Positions 1-12,000 of a stretch of 52,589 nt of DNA are shown piece after piece. The stretch's first letter is position 1, and each line of letters opens with the position of its first letter. The notes beneath the pieces are model-generated. The model saw only the letters and a program-made list of their open reading frames with translations, made no database searches and was not told the origin of the DNA. Both the position numbers and the translations under genes were made by a program. This DNA comes from Histomonas meleagridis 2922-C6/04-290x (taxonomy: Eukaryota; Protista; Parabasalia): positions 1 to 52,589 of the forward strand of contig JAANOX010000107.1 in NCBI GenBank assembly GCA_020184695.1. Reading direction: 5' to 3'.

Positions 1-29
1 ATCCAAAACTAATTTTATATTATAGGAAA

Positions 30-2150
30 TTGGCATGGAATGGTTGCGATTTAACATCACAAATGGAATATGCGTCACAAATATTAGAACTAGGTGAAAA
101 CATACAACAAAACTTAAAAGAATCCGCAAAATATTATAAAGCTCCAGCACAACAAAACAATAATAATGCGAAATTCATTTATGCGACGATTTTATTAAAA
201 GGGAAAGGAGTACAAAAAAACATAATCGAAGCAATAAAATATTATCGATTAGCTGCTGATCAAGGACACTTTCAATCACCCAATTAAACACAATGTTATT
301 AAATAATTCGGAATCTTCGAAATATATGAAAATGGCAATGACGCAGGTGATGCTAAAGCTCAAACATTATATGCGAAAATGTTATTTAAAGGGAAAAACA
401 TTGAAAAGAATATACAACTTGGATTAAGATATTTGAACTTAGCTATTGAACAAAATGATAAAGAAGCATTATATATCTATGGTAAGATGCTTTATTATGA
501 ATTAAATAACCCGAAACAAGGTATAATATATATAAAGAAATCAACAAAACTTGGAAACATTAAAGCAATTTTCCAATATGGTTTAATCTTAGGACATTTC
601 GATTATATTAATAATAATAATATATTTCAATTCACAAATATATATAAAAGTAATGATATGAAATTTAATCATTGGCCTTTACTTTATATTCACTTTAAAG
701 GAATTTCATTAAAGAAAATTTTAAAGGCAAAAAACTTTATTAAAAATGCTGCCGATAATGGATTAATTGAGGCTCAATATTTTTATGCTTTAATGTTACA
801 TTATGGTGAAGGTGTTGACTCAAATATTTTGGAAGCAATTAAATATTATAAAGTGGCTGCTGATAATGGCCATAAATTCGCTCAATTGTCTTATGCAATT
901 TTATTGGATGACGGTTTTGGGGTGTCCCAAAATTTGAGAGAAGCAGCAAAATATTATAAATTAGCTGCTGACAATAATGAAATTAATTCAATTGTGAATT
1001 ACGCTTTTATGTTATATAGTGGAAGAGGTATAAATAGAAATAAAAAAGAAGCAGCTAAATATTTTAAAAAGGCTGCTGACGAACATTCAATTGTTGCTCA
1101 ATATATAAATATGGCGTAATGCTGTTCTTAGGACAATCAATCCTGAAATGTCCCACTTGCAGTCCATTATTTTAATCTTGTGATATTCGACCAACTTGAA
1201 CCTCTTCATTGAACTTTTTAAGACATGCTTATGATGAATCGATTCTTCAAATGAAACAAGAATCTGCTCGTTTGATTAGAATGTCAGCTGAACAAAATTG
1301 TACTGATGGTCAACAAAAATATGCAATAATGCTTTTAAAAGGACAAATTTTCCCTAAAGACATAAAGAATCAATGACATACTTCAAGAAGGCTGCTGGTG
1401 ATATTTTATCACAAAATCAATATAAATATATCTTGAACAAATAAACAGTTTAAAGCTGCTAAATGCACTATAAAATGGCCGCCGATCAAAACCATCCACA
1501 AGCGCAATTACATTATGCAATTATGCTTGATAATGGAGTAATTGAATCTGAAAATAATTTTGTTGAAGCTGCGAAATATTATAAAATGTCAGCTGACCAA
1601 GGCGTTGTTCAATCGCAATTATTTTATGGGAACATGCTTGAGAATGGTGATGGAATCCCTCGAAATTTCGAGGAAGCAGCAAAATATTATAAAATGGCAT
1701 CTAAAACGAACGTTAACGCGATGCTTTTGTACGGTAACTATTAAAACATGGGCGCGGTGTTAAGCAAGATTTACAAGTGCAGCCTTTTACTAAAAAGCTG
1801 CGGTTAATATAAATAAATTTGCACTGTATAGTTATGCAAAAATGGTTGAAAAAGGAGAAGGAACTAAAAAAGATTTAAAAATTGCTGCGAGATATTATAA
1901 AATGTCTGCAGATAATTTCGAAATGACTAAAGCGCAATTTAAATATGCACAAATGTTACAAAAGGGTATCGGAGTAAGAAAGAATTACAAGTTGGCTGGA
2001 TATTATCGACTTGCAAGTCAGCTGTATGAACCTGACGAAGTGAAAATTAGAAAAATTGTGCAAAAGGCATTGTTTTGGATCGCTGTCGTCGACATGATTT
2101 TCATGATGTTGTATTTGTTTATTTATATAATAAAAAAGAGATTTATATAA
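30..2150 (+). pseudogene. Sel1-like repeat (SLR) protein, fragmented by frameshifts and stops
   Basis: ORFs 30-287, 379-1119, 1463-1744 and 1842-2150 all carry the SLR pattern (EAAKYYKLAADxG..AQ..YA.ML..G.GV). The gaps read on in other frames after small indels, e.g. caatatataaatatggcgtaatg near 1100. A hydrophobic C-terminal helix (ALFWIAVVDMIFMMLYLFIYII) is present. The gene probably starts before the window. Confidence 0.85.
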
Positions 2151-3102
2151 ATTGTTTTATTTCCAATCATTAATTATATCCCTACTAAAAAAAATAGATT
2201 TTATATATATTTTCATTCCCTAAATGTTATCTCTTTTGTATAAAATCATTCATTACTTTATTTAGAGATAAAAGCAAAAACATTTTCGTTTTATTTTAAC
2301 TCTATTTTTTAATAATACATATTTATAAAGTAATTCATTTCGCATGTTACATTTTCATATAATAACCAAGATTCCTTATTTATTTATGATAATTACTCTT
2401 TGCCATTTTATTCAACATATTACCACATTTGTTCTGCTTTCTATACAACATTTCAGCTAAAAAATAACTTTTCTACCAGTATTTCTTGCAATTAATTTCT
2501 ATAAACAAAAAGAAGAATTTCAAATGAAAGTGTAGAAAACGAAATTAAATTATTCATTATTAATTATCAATGGATAAAATTTTATAAGAATTAATTTCTT
2601 TCAAATTTTTTATAGAATAAAAAGCGATCATTTTCTTTTTTTAATATACATTTTAAAAATTTGTTTTTGCATAATGTTTGGTTGGACTCAATCTTTAAAT
2701 ATGTTTTAATTTGAATGCTAAATCTTATCTAAGTCCGAAATCATTTTAATTCATTCAATAACATAAATATATGTTTGTGATAATTGAATCTATTTAAGAA
2801 TATACATAAACGAAACGACAATAGTATGTAAAAATTTCATTGTAAAAACCATGTTTAATGAAAATCAAGATAGGAAAAAAAATCAAAGAACTGATCACAT
2901 AAACATAAATTTAGCAGAACAAAATAATAAAAATGATAAAATATTTCTCTTATTAGGGTAAATGACTTTTCGCATATGTAAAACATGATTAAATTGGATG
3001 TGGAAGCTTAAAAGCAAAAACAGAGAAATCAGCAATTTTCAGAATTAAATACATCGTTCGTTAACAAATATTTCATAAACATCTGAATTTTAGTTGTAAA
3101 AA

Positions 3103-3729
3103 ATGAAAACACAGAAAGCATTTATTGTAAACGTTTATGATTTGACTAAGCTAAACAAGCTCTTTAGATTTGCTAAGCTAGGTGTATATCATACAGCTGT
3201 TGTTATAGATAATTTGTATGAATATTATTTTGGGTTCAAAGCATATTCATATACAGGAATTGATATACCTGAAATTGTAGGGTCTTTACCATCCTCAATG
3301 ACAGGGGAATTTTATACGAAGGTTGAAATGGGCGAATCAAAATATACAGCCGAAGAATGTGAAGAAATAATCAACATTTTTACATCTTCCTCTCGCTGGC
3401 TCAGTGACCATTATAACATTCTTTATCACAACTGCAACGATTTTTCATATGAGTTATGTTCTGTTCTTCTCGAAAAAGAACAAATAAAAAAATTCCCATT
3501 CTGGGTTAAGCGTGGTATGTATTTAGGAAGGTTTATTTTTTCTACTTCTATCTCTTACATCTTAGGATTGTCTTCACACCCAATTCCTGGTTTTGGAACA
3601 CCTCCAGAAGAGTTTTCTGAAACAGAAGAAGAGATTCAAAATGTTGGAAAAGCTGTGACAGAAGAAAGTACTCCAACAAAATCTGCTACCGAAATCGAAA
3701 CTGTTTCTGAATCACATTCTACATTATAG
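3103..3729 (+). CDS. PPPDE/DeSI-family peptidase (desumoylating/deubiquitinating isopeptidase-like)
   Basis: N-terminal VNVYDL, GVYHTAVVI..EYYFG (catalytic His) and YNILYHNCNDFS (NCN catalytic Cys) are the defining PPPDE motifs. Confidence 0.9.
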   Translation: MKTQKAFIVNVYDLTKLNKLFRFAKLGVYHTAVVIDNLYEYYFGFKAYSYTGIDIPEIVGSLPSSMTGEFYTKVEMGESKYTAEECEEIINIFTSSSRWLSDHYNILYHNCNDFSYELCSVLLEKEQIKKFPFWVKRGMYLGRFIFSTSISYILGLSSHPIPGFGTPPEEFSETEEEIQNVGKAVTEESTPTKSATEIETVSESHSTL

Positions 3730-4011
3730 ATTGCTATTAATAAACTTGTCTCTCTCTCTATTTGGTATCTTTTTTCGTAAATTTTAAAAGATGAATTCGA
3801 AATTAAAACAATGAACAAAGATTCAAATAAGAAAATCTCCAAAAAAGATGCAATTAAGGCTCACTTTTCTATCGTTGTTTATCGTGAATAATTTTATGAG
3901 CAAAATGTTCAGAAAATATTCTATAAGGTCTTTGATACCTAAATTTCAATCGGTGGTTGTTGACCATTTAACTTTGTGGGAATCCCTCTTTTTAAATACT
4001 TTACACGCTTA

Positions 4012-7000
4012 ATGGAGCAACTTTGCAGCGATGGCACACCTGTTGACATCCAAGCTTTTGATTGTGTGTCACATATATTTCTTTCACAACTTTCGAATTT
4101 TCAAATTACTCCACAAAAAGCGCATGATATATTAATTCAATTTTCACAAAGATCAGATCTTTTCTTATATATACGTGGTATCCTTTCATCTCCAGCTTCA
4201 CCTGAATCCAAATTTCTTTTTCTCGATATGATACCTAAATACATATCTGAAAATTGGCTCAATATTCCCGAAGATTACCGGCTAGGTATACGATCTTTTT
4301 TATTTTATTATTTGACACAACACCTTCCACAAAATTATGATCAACGATTTATAATACAAGTTTCCAAATCACTCACAGAAATTTTAAAATATGATTATCC
4401 TAATGCATGGGCGAATTTTTTCGACGAATTTTATAATGCCTCTGGTTTTTCCAGTATTTCTGCATTATGTTGTATTCAATTTCTAGATTATTTCACACGA
4501 GATGTTATAATTGAAGCAAATAATATGTTATCGACCAAAGCCTCAGAGATAATGCTTTCTATGGAAAAAGAGCTCAATCGACTTTTATCATTTTTTAATC
4601 ATATTTTTCAAGCTCCAAATGATTTGGAGCTCATTAAAGCAACGCTAAATGTCATTTCTGTTTTTGTTAAGTGGGTTAATCCTAAAGATATCATTGAATC
4701 AAATTTACTTGATAACATATGTTCATGTATCAACAACAGTAACGAACTTATTATTCCAACTTTAGAAGTATTTACAGAATTTGCTTCCACTTTTCATCGA
4801 ATTTCAGATTTTGAACATTATATTTTACGATTGTTTTCAATGATTATCAATGGGTTTTCTCATTTATCAGATGAGGAAATCTTATCGTTGCCGACAAAAA
4901 ACCTTATTTCATTTTTATCAGCAATTGAAACGTGTGTTTATTCATATTCGACTTTATTTTATAACCAAAACGTCTTCCAGCAATTAACAGTCGCATTGAA
5001 AATTTGTATAAATATTATGACAATTTTGAATGAACCGTTGTTATTTGAACAATGCTGTTCAATTTGGCTGAATGTGTTTCATAACAGTCTTATTGTCGAA
5101 AGCCAACAAGGTTTACTTGAACCAACATATCCAACATTACGTAGAATCCTTATTTTAAAGATGCCAAAGCCTTATCAAATCATTTCGACATTTGATGAGT
5201 TTAATCAAGAAACTAAAGAATATCAAACGACAATCCAAAATGACAGTCTTTTATCAGCTGCTCGAGATTGCTTAATATTTTTATGTAGTGTTGATACTAT
5301 TGATACGATTCAATCAATTTTCGAGCAATTTGATAATTTGCAAAACTTAAGTTGTGAACAAATTAATAGTGTTTGTTGGAGCATTGGAATTATATCTTCA
5401 ACAGTACCCACTGAAATACAGAATGATGCGTATCCAAAAATAATTCGACAATTATTTTCAATTTGTGATCAAATAACAGATAAAAATGTTTGTTCACAAA
5501 TTGCATGTGGTGTAGTATATGTATGTTCAATGCAACATATGTTTTTAAATCGATTCTTTAATTTGCTTAAAGTAATAATTGGAACATTACTTAAATTCAT
5601 TTTAGAAGGTTCAATTGAATTAAAATACGTTTCGATAAACGGTCTCAAGACGATAACTCAACGATGTAAATCCAAATTCACTGCTTTACAAGAAGGTGAA
5701 CAGAAGACGTTATTAGAGATAATGATTGAATATTTACCCAATTTTATCAATAACTTAACAGAGAATGAAATAACGGAAATCATTAAATGTTATTCGTTAT
5801 TAGTTCGAACCTTTTCAGATGAAATTTCACGCACGAATTATTTGAATCAAATTCTCTCATATTTTCATCCAATATTAAGTTCAATATTACCATTTGATCC
5901 TAACAATAAGAATTCGATATTAGCATTAATAATGATATTAAAATGTCATTCGATAATAGTATTATCACTTCCTACGACGTATTTAACATATTTTCGACAA
6001 TTTACACCTGATTTAATTAAAACATTTTTAATAATATCTCAAACATTACCAAATGTAATTGATAATAAAGAACAATTTCTATCATTAAAAGCAGCTAAAA
6101 GCACAATAATATATTTAATATTTCGATTTGTCTATTGTTGTTTCAAGCAAGAAATAATCATTGACTTTATTATACCGAATTATATGGATTTAATCTTTAA
6201 TGATTATATTAGTAATAATGAATTAACACGTGTTCAAATGTCATTAAAGTTTTTTATTGCATTATTAAATCGTTGTTCGATGTTTTTTTCGGATAAAATT
6301 TTAGAGATATTTTTACAATTATTTAATGTAACATTACCAATGATATCGAATAATCAAAATGATAATATTGAATTACGGAACACTTTTTATTCTTTAATAC
6401 ATTGCGTAATTCATTTATATCCAAAGAATTTAATAACTTTGGATCGTAATAATATGGACGTATTAATCGAGACTATTAAATGGGGAATTTTATCTCCTCA
6501 ACGAAATCTAACTGACCTTTGTATAACTTCTTTAACAGATTTATTAAAATATTTTCATAATGAAATGAAAGATGAATTTGATTCATTTTTCGAATGTTAT
6601 GCAAATTCTTTGTTAATTTTTATTTTTAATGTTTTGGTTGATTTACGATTTAAATTTGCGTTACAACAAATTTCATGTTTCATAATAACAATTTTCTCTT
6701 TTAATTACTTTAGAAATAAACCTGAAATCGCTTATGATATAATATGTCAATTGTTTACTTCTTTGCAACCTATGGAAGCAACTTTGTTTATACAAGCTTT
6801 ACTTTCGAGTCAAAATCAAATAGAAATTAAAAACACTTTAAGCGATTTCTTGGTATTAATTAAAAAGAATATTCCGTATGATCCCGAACAATATAATTTG
6901 GAAAAAGAGGAAATGAGAAAAGAAGTTAGAAAAGCTTTCGAACAAATCCCTGGATTCGTAGAACCGAATGAAAATATAGAGAAGGAAATCGGCGATGAGA

Positions 7001-7062
7001 AAACTTTAATTGCTGAAGGACTATCAAATACTATTGCTTCAATGTCAATAAGATTGACATAG
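4012..7062 (+). CDS. XPO1: Exportin-1 (CRM1)-like karyopherin, divergent
   Basis: About 1016-aa helical ORF. INSVCWSIGIIS resembles CRM1 LNTLCWAIGSIS, ITQRCKSKFTALQEGE resembles IAQKCRRHFVQVQVGE, and TIKWGILSPQRNL resembles SIIWAFKHTMRNV. First ATG at 4012 (the ORF track starts at GTG 3976). Confidence 0.7.
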   Translation: MEQLCSDGTPVDIQAFDCVSHIFLSQLSNFQITPQKAHDILIQFSQRSDLFLYIRGILSSPASPESKFLFLDMIPKYISENWLNIPEDYRLGIRSFLFYYLTQHLPQNYDQRFIIQVSKSLTEILKYDYPNAWANFFDEFYNASGFSSISALCCIQFLDYFTRDVIIEANNMLSTKASEIMLSMEKELNRLLSFFNHIFQAPNDLELIKATLNVISVFVKWVNPKDIIESNLLDNICSCINNSNELIIPTLEVFTEFASTFHRISDFEHYILRLFSMIINGFSHLSDEEILSLPTKNLISFLSAIETCVYSYSTLFYNQNVFQQLTVALKICINIMTILNEPLLFEQCCSIWLNVFHNSLIVESQQGLLEPTYPTLRRILILKMPKPYQIISTFDEFNQETKEYQTTIQNDSLLSAARDCLIFLCSVDTIDTIQSIFEQFDNLQNLSCEQINSVCWSIGIISSTVPTEIQNDAYPKIIRQLFSICDQITDKNVCSQIACGVVYVCSMQHMFLNRFFNLLKVIIGTLLKFILEGSIELKYVSINGLKTITQRCKSKFTALQEGEQKTLLEIMIEYLPNFINNLTENEITEIIKCYSLLVRTFSDEISRTNYLNQILSYFHPILSSILPFDPNNKNSILALIMILKCHSIIVLSLPTTYLTYFRQFTPDLIKTFLIISQTLPNVIDNKEQFLSLKAAKSTIIYLIFRFVYCCFKQEIIIDFIIPNYMDLIFNDYISNNELTRVQMSLKFFIALLNRCSMFFSDKILEIFLQLFNVTLPMISNNQNDNIELRNTFYSLIHCVIHLYPKNLITLDRNNMDVLIETIKWGILSPQRNLTDLCITSLTDLLKYFHNEMKDEFDSFFECYANSLLIFIFNVLVDLRFKFALQQISCFIITIFSFNYFRNKPEIAYDIICQLFTSLQPMEATLFIQALLSSQNQIEIKNTLSDFLVLIKKNIPYDPEQYNLEKEEMRKEVRKAFEQIPGFVEPNENIEKEIGDEKTLIAEGLSNTIASMSIRLT

Positions 7063-7531
7063 GAGTTAATATGCGATTTTATTAATAATAAACTATACAA
7101 ATTTTGTTATGTTTTAAAATTTTTTTTCGTACTGATCAGTAGAATCGTCAATTGGTGTTTCTGCTTCTTCAATTATAATAATAATTGATGAAATATAAAA
7201 GTAACTACTTAAACACAAAGCTAAAATGATGATTCGACGGAACATAAAACAAAGCACTGGATCCAATGTTACTGAATGAGTATACCAATCTGTGATGAAA
7301 GTTTCAGATATTAAAATGTAATTTATGCTTAATCATATTTTCTGCATTACTTCTAAGTGTATTTAATTATAGATTTAATATTAATTCATATTCCATAAAA
7401 AGATTTTAATCAAAGAATGATAAATTAGATTCACAATCATTTTTTTGCAACTTAATCAAAACAAAAACAAAAAGTAAATAAAGATAATATAATGGTATTT
7501 GATTAAAAAAGTGATATATTTATTTATCTAT

Positions 7532-8236
7532 TCAATTGGCTGTTTTAAATTTAAGAATCACAACATGTGATGTGGTGCATATTTCCATATCCTCAACAAT
7601 TGAGAACATTGGTGGATGTTTAATTTTTGCAATTTCTTTCCAATCAAAAGGGAACTCTTCTTTTGCGATAATAAAAAAATTAAATTCTTCTTTCATTTTA
7701 TATGGCCGATGATGAGTGTAAATAATCAATGCATAACCATCAGGTTTCATCAAATCATTAACTGATTTAAGAAGCTTACGGTGTTCTGTGGTATTAAAAA
7801 TTACATCTGATAAAATGAGAATGTCAAATTTTTCATTATTATTCAAAGCTAAAAGAGGAGTTGGATCATCGCCCCATTTAAATCCTGTAACCTTGGCGTT
7901 TTCGAAATTATTTAAATTGAATCTAATATTGTCAATAAGGTTTTTATCAGGATAATCAGTTGTTACAACATTTTTTGATTTTTGAATACAACAACACATT
8001 GAAGGAAGCCCAGCTCCAGCTCCAAGTTCCAACACTGTTTTCCCTTCAACATTTATTCCATATAATTTATCTGTTATGATTGATGCAGTTATTTTGCCTG
8101 CTTCTGCAAGTTTATCGCCCCACAAAGAATGGTGAGTATTTAGAAGCCTAACAGAAATATTTCTCCATTCTACCAATGGATATTCTGGTTCTTCAGAATC
8201 GCTTTCGCTTGGGAAGAGCTCAGCCAACGAGCTCAT
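7532..8236 (-). CDS. Methyltransferase-16 family protein methyltransferase, EFM7/NNT1-like
   Basis: HHSLWG, SAM-binding VLELGAGAGLPS, VTTDYPD, FDILILSDVIFN and THHRP. First ATG at 8236. Confidence 0.85.
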   Translation of the reverse strand: MSSLAELFPSESDSEEPEYPLVEWRNISVRLLNTHHSLWGDKLAEAGKITASIITDKLYGINVEGKTVLELGAGAGLPSMCCCIQKSKNVVTTDYPDKNLIDNIRFNLNNFENAKVTGFKWGDDPTPLLALNNNEKFDILILSDVIFNTTEHRKLLKSVNDLMKPDGYALIIYTHHRPYKMKEEFNFFIIAKEEFPFDWKEIAKIKHPPMFSIVEDMEICTTSHVVILKFKTAN

Positions 8237-8240
8237 TTTT

Positions 8241-8250
8241 TTAACGTACA
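8241..8250 (-). promoter_or_regulatory. TGTACGTTAA motif 4 nt upstream of the ATG (candidate core promoter element)
   Basis: The same exact 10-mer lies upstream of an ATG at 23254-23263 (-), 30810-30819 (+) and 40242-40251 (-). Confidence 0.45.
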
Positions 8251-9000
8251 ATAACTCCCGGACTGTTTTTACGGTAAATTAACTGCTTTTTCATATCACT
8301 TTTGGTATAAAATATTCAAAAACATGGTTTAACTGTACAGTTATCACAAAGTTTTTTTACAGTAATTAACGTTCAAACCTTTCTGGTAGAATTTTTATTT
8401 TCTTGTTGAAATTTATTCAAAAAACCGTATCGTTGACGTTTTGTATAACAATTGTCACTTTTTGTGTCGAATGATTTCATGAAGTTTTTCTGAAATATTT
8501 AATCGTTCATTAAAATTTTTGGAAAAATCCCAGTTTTCTCCAAAAATAACCTCATGAAATCACACCATATTTAAATAGATAATGAAATGCATTATATTGT
8601 TACTCATATCATAAAACTAAATTAAAATTTCATGAAATAATTATAATTTTTAGAAATTAATCAAATTTTCATTTACATCTTTTGATTTTGATTTGATCTC
8701 GAAATAGGAAAAAGAAATTTTATTGAAAATCAAAGCTAATTAGAATCAAATCCTTACGATTTAATACATTGATCTATTTCGCAAAAGATTCTATCATTCA
8801 TATGTTAGAATGCTTTCAACGACCATTATAACATTTGCCAAGTCCAAAAAAGACGTTAAGTCACTTGACTTTGATACGTCCTTGTAAAGATGGTGATTTT
8901 TCATGCTTAAAATTGAACGAAAACCGTCCAACTCTATAACAAATCAAATGCCGTTGTAACCTCAATTTTGAATCAATGAAAAATTGACAAACGAATTGGA

Positions 9001-12000
9001 ATGAGTGAAAACATAATTGACATTCATGTTTCTCGTATATTATCGAAGTCATCATTTAATCACACAGCTAGCTCTGTATTTAGACAAATGCTTGAAAAAA
9101 TCCCAGATCCAATTTTTCCAACAAAAAAACAACAATCTAATTTCCAACAAATTCAAGATGCTTTAGAAGATTTTTGGATAACAGATCGGTCTCTCATTTC
9201 TATTATTCTTCCATGTCTTGCACTTGCAGATGTCAACCCATTTGATTGTTTTGACCAATTCTCTTCCAATTTACCAGAAATCAATCAAAACACAGCGCCA
9301 AAAAAGGGCACTGGAGGCAAAACCTTTTATACAGATTTATTAAACGACATTGATTGGGATCAACCAAAAAATCGACTTTGTGGTTTATCTTTAAATCTTA
9401 TGGTTCTTTGTTACTTTTTTGATCTGATCATATCACAAGTCAAATTAGAAGATAAACTTTTCAATAGTTCATTTATCAAACTTTTCTTCCGCATCTTTAA
9501 CCTATTTCCCAAAGATACCAATGAATTTTATAGCACAGCCTATCATAAGCCAGCCAAGTTCATTGCCCCAACGATATGTAAGTTCACACTTAATCTTGAC
9601 ACCAAATTTACCATCAATACGTTTGACCAAATATTTGGTGTTGAAGACAAAACACATAAAATCAAAGCATCTGAAGCCTTATCATCACCTATGCTTGAAG
9701 TTTATCTATATTTCTTTTCACAAGTTAATTTTGGTTCCACTATTTCAAATGATTTATTATCAAATGCGCATAAACTTCTCGAAAAGATTCGATGTGTTGG
9801 TAACAAAGTTAAAGATTATGATTCATCGCTTCATTATGCCGTCTTAGCATGTATGTATAATGTAGTTGGCTTATTATTTATTAATGATCGTACTTTTTCT
9901 ACATCCAAAATTATATCTGAAATTTATGATTTCACGTTATCATTAATTAAGAATAGTTATTATAAAGGACCTGCGCATGCATTACATACATTAATTTATG
10001 TCTTTGCAGATGATAATAAAAACATAACAATGCCAATCATGAAATATATTAATAAATATTTGAAGCCACTTGTAGGCAAACCAGAATTTGCTGGTTGTTT
10101 CTTACAATCGATTATTATATTATTACGTGGAAAGAATTATAAACAAAATTCATTATTAAAATTAACAGGTGAAAACTTTAATTGGAGAACTAAAAAAGAA
10201 TTCTTTGGTTCTGATACACGACAATTTATGGTATCAAGTATCTTCTCATCGAATAACTCAGCATGTTTTGTAGATTATCAAACAGAATTATCTGATTTCT
10301 TCTTGCAATATTCATCTGATCCAAGTTCAGGTTTTGCTCGAGATATATTCCCTAAGTTAATGTTAGAATCATTTAAAAAGAATAATATGCGATCAGTATT
10401 AATTACAATCAAAAGAATGTTATCACCTCGAAGTGGTTATCCTCAAAACTTAGGATTTCAAGATCAATTAGCAGATTTAGCACATTCGACAATAGTGCCA
10501 TTAATTAATGATGAAAGCAAACAACAAAACACAGAAAACAATATGAAGTTATGTAAAACTTATACAATATTACAATCATTAAAGATGAATCATGATGATA
10601 TTTATAAAGTTTTAGATGAAAACCTATCAATGATTCAAATTGTTAAAGCTCCTTTATTATCTGCTAAAATTGTTTCGACACAATTCCAAAAATGGGCTAA
10701 ACGAGCAGATTTACCTTTAACTATTAATCGATATGAAGCTAATATTGAATTTGTTAATCAAGCACAAATTATTCCTAAGAATTCATTACAAGCGTTAGAA
10801 ATAGTACCATTAGTTACAATTGATGAAGAAATTATTATACCTGTATGTGAAATTATTTGTTCTACTGATATATATTTATCATTATTAGCATCACGAATAT
10901 TAGAATCAATACATTATCAAAATGAAAATAATGGAAAATTAATAACAAAACAAATCGTATTAAATTTAGTCAATCATATGAGTTTAGTAGTAGCAAATTT
11001 ATTTAGATATTTAAGTGTTATTCAACAACAAATAGAAATATCTGCTTCATTAAATCGTATTATTGATGATGAACAATATAAATTAATTGAAGTGATTTTA
11101 ATGATTTCTTTATGTTGTTCTTATTATCAAGTACGAATATTAGCATTAAATATAATTGAACAAATTAAACAAGTTATACCACAAAATAAAATAAATTTAA
11201 ATGATTTCATTGAACAAAATGATGAAAAGATATCAAAAATTGCTAAAGAAAATATATTAAGAGGTTATATTCAATCAGAAGAAATTATTCAAACTTGTAT
11301 TAACATAAGTTTTAAAGATGTAGCATCATCACAATGTAATTCATTTTATCAATATTATTTAGCTGTATTTGCAAATGAATATATTAAATATGAAAATAAT
11401 GAAGAATTAGGTAAAAATGAATTATTTAATATGTTAGAAGAAATATTAAATAATGATTTAACAAAAATGAAATTCATTGATCCATTATTTTATGGTAATT
11501 TATTAATATTTTGGTCAAATGCTCATATTGAAACAATTGATCAAACAAAATTTATGAATTATCATAATAATATTTGTGAATTATTAAATAATGATGAAAT
11601 TAATTTAATTAATACTTGTGAAGCAATGATTTCATCATTAGAATTAAAAGCTTTATTACAATTATTTGATTATACTATACTAAAACCAACATATTATTTA
11701 ACATTATTAATTGGAATTCGAAATGAACTTTATCAAGAAGAATTTATTAATTTAGATTATAATGATCCAATCTTTAAATCATTTTGGAAATTCTTTGATT
11801 TTATTTCATTCCAATTTAATAAAGAAGATGAAACATCGGAATTATTCAAGAAAGAAATTAATAACAATTTAATAATTACATCAAAAACATTTTTCCAATT
11901 AATATATAATAAAAATAATGCTTATCCTAATGGACCATATTTAAGAACTCCAATATTTTTATTAGATCAAATCGAAAACTTCCAAAAAGATAAATGGTTA

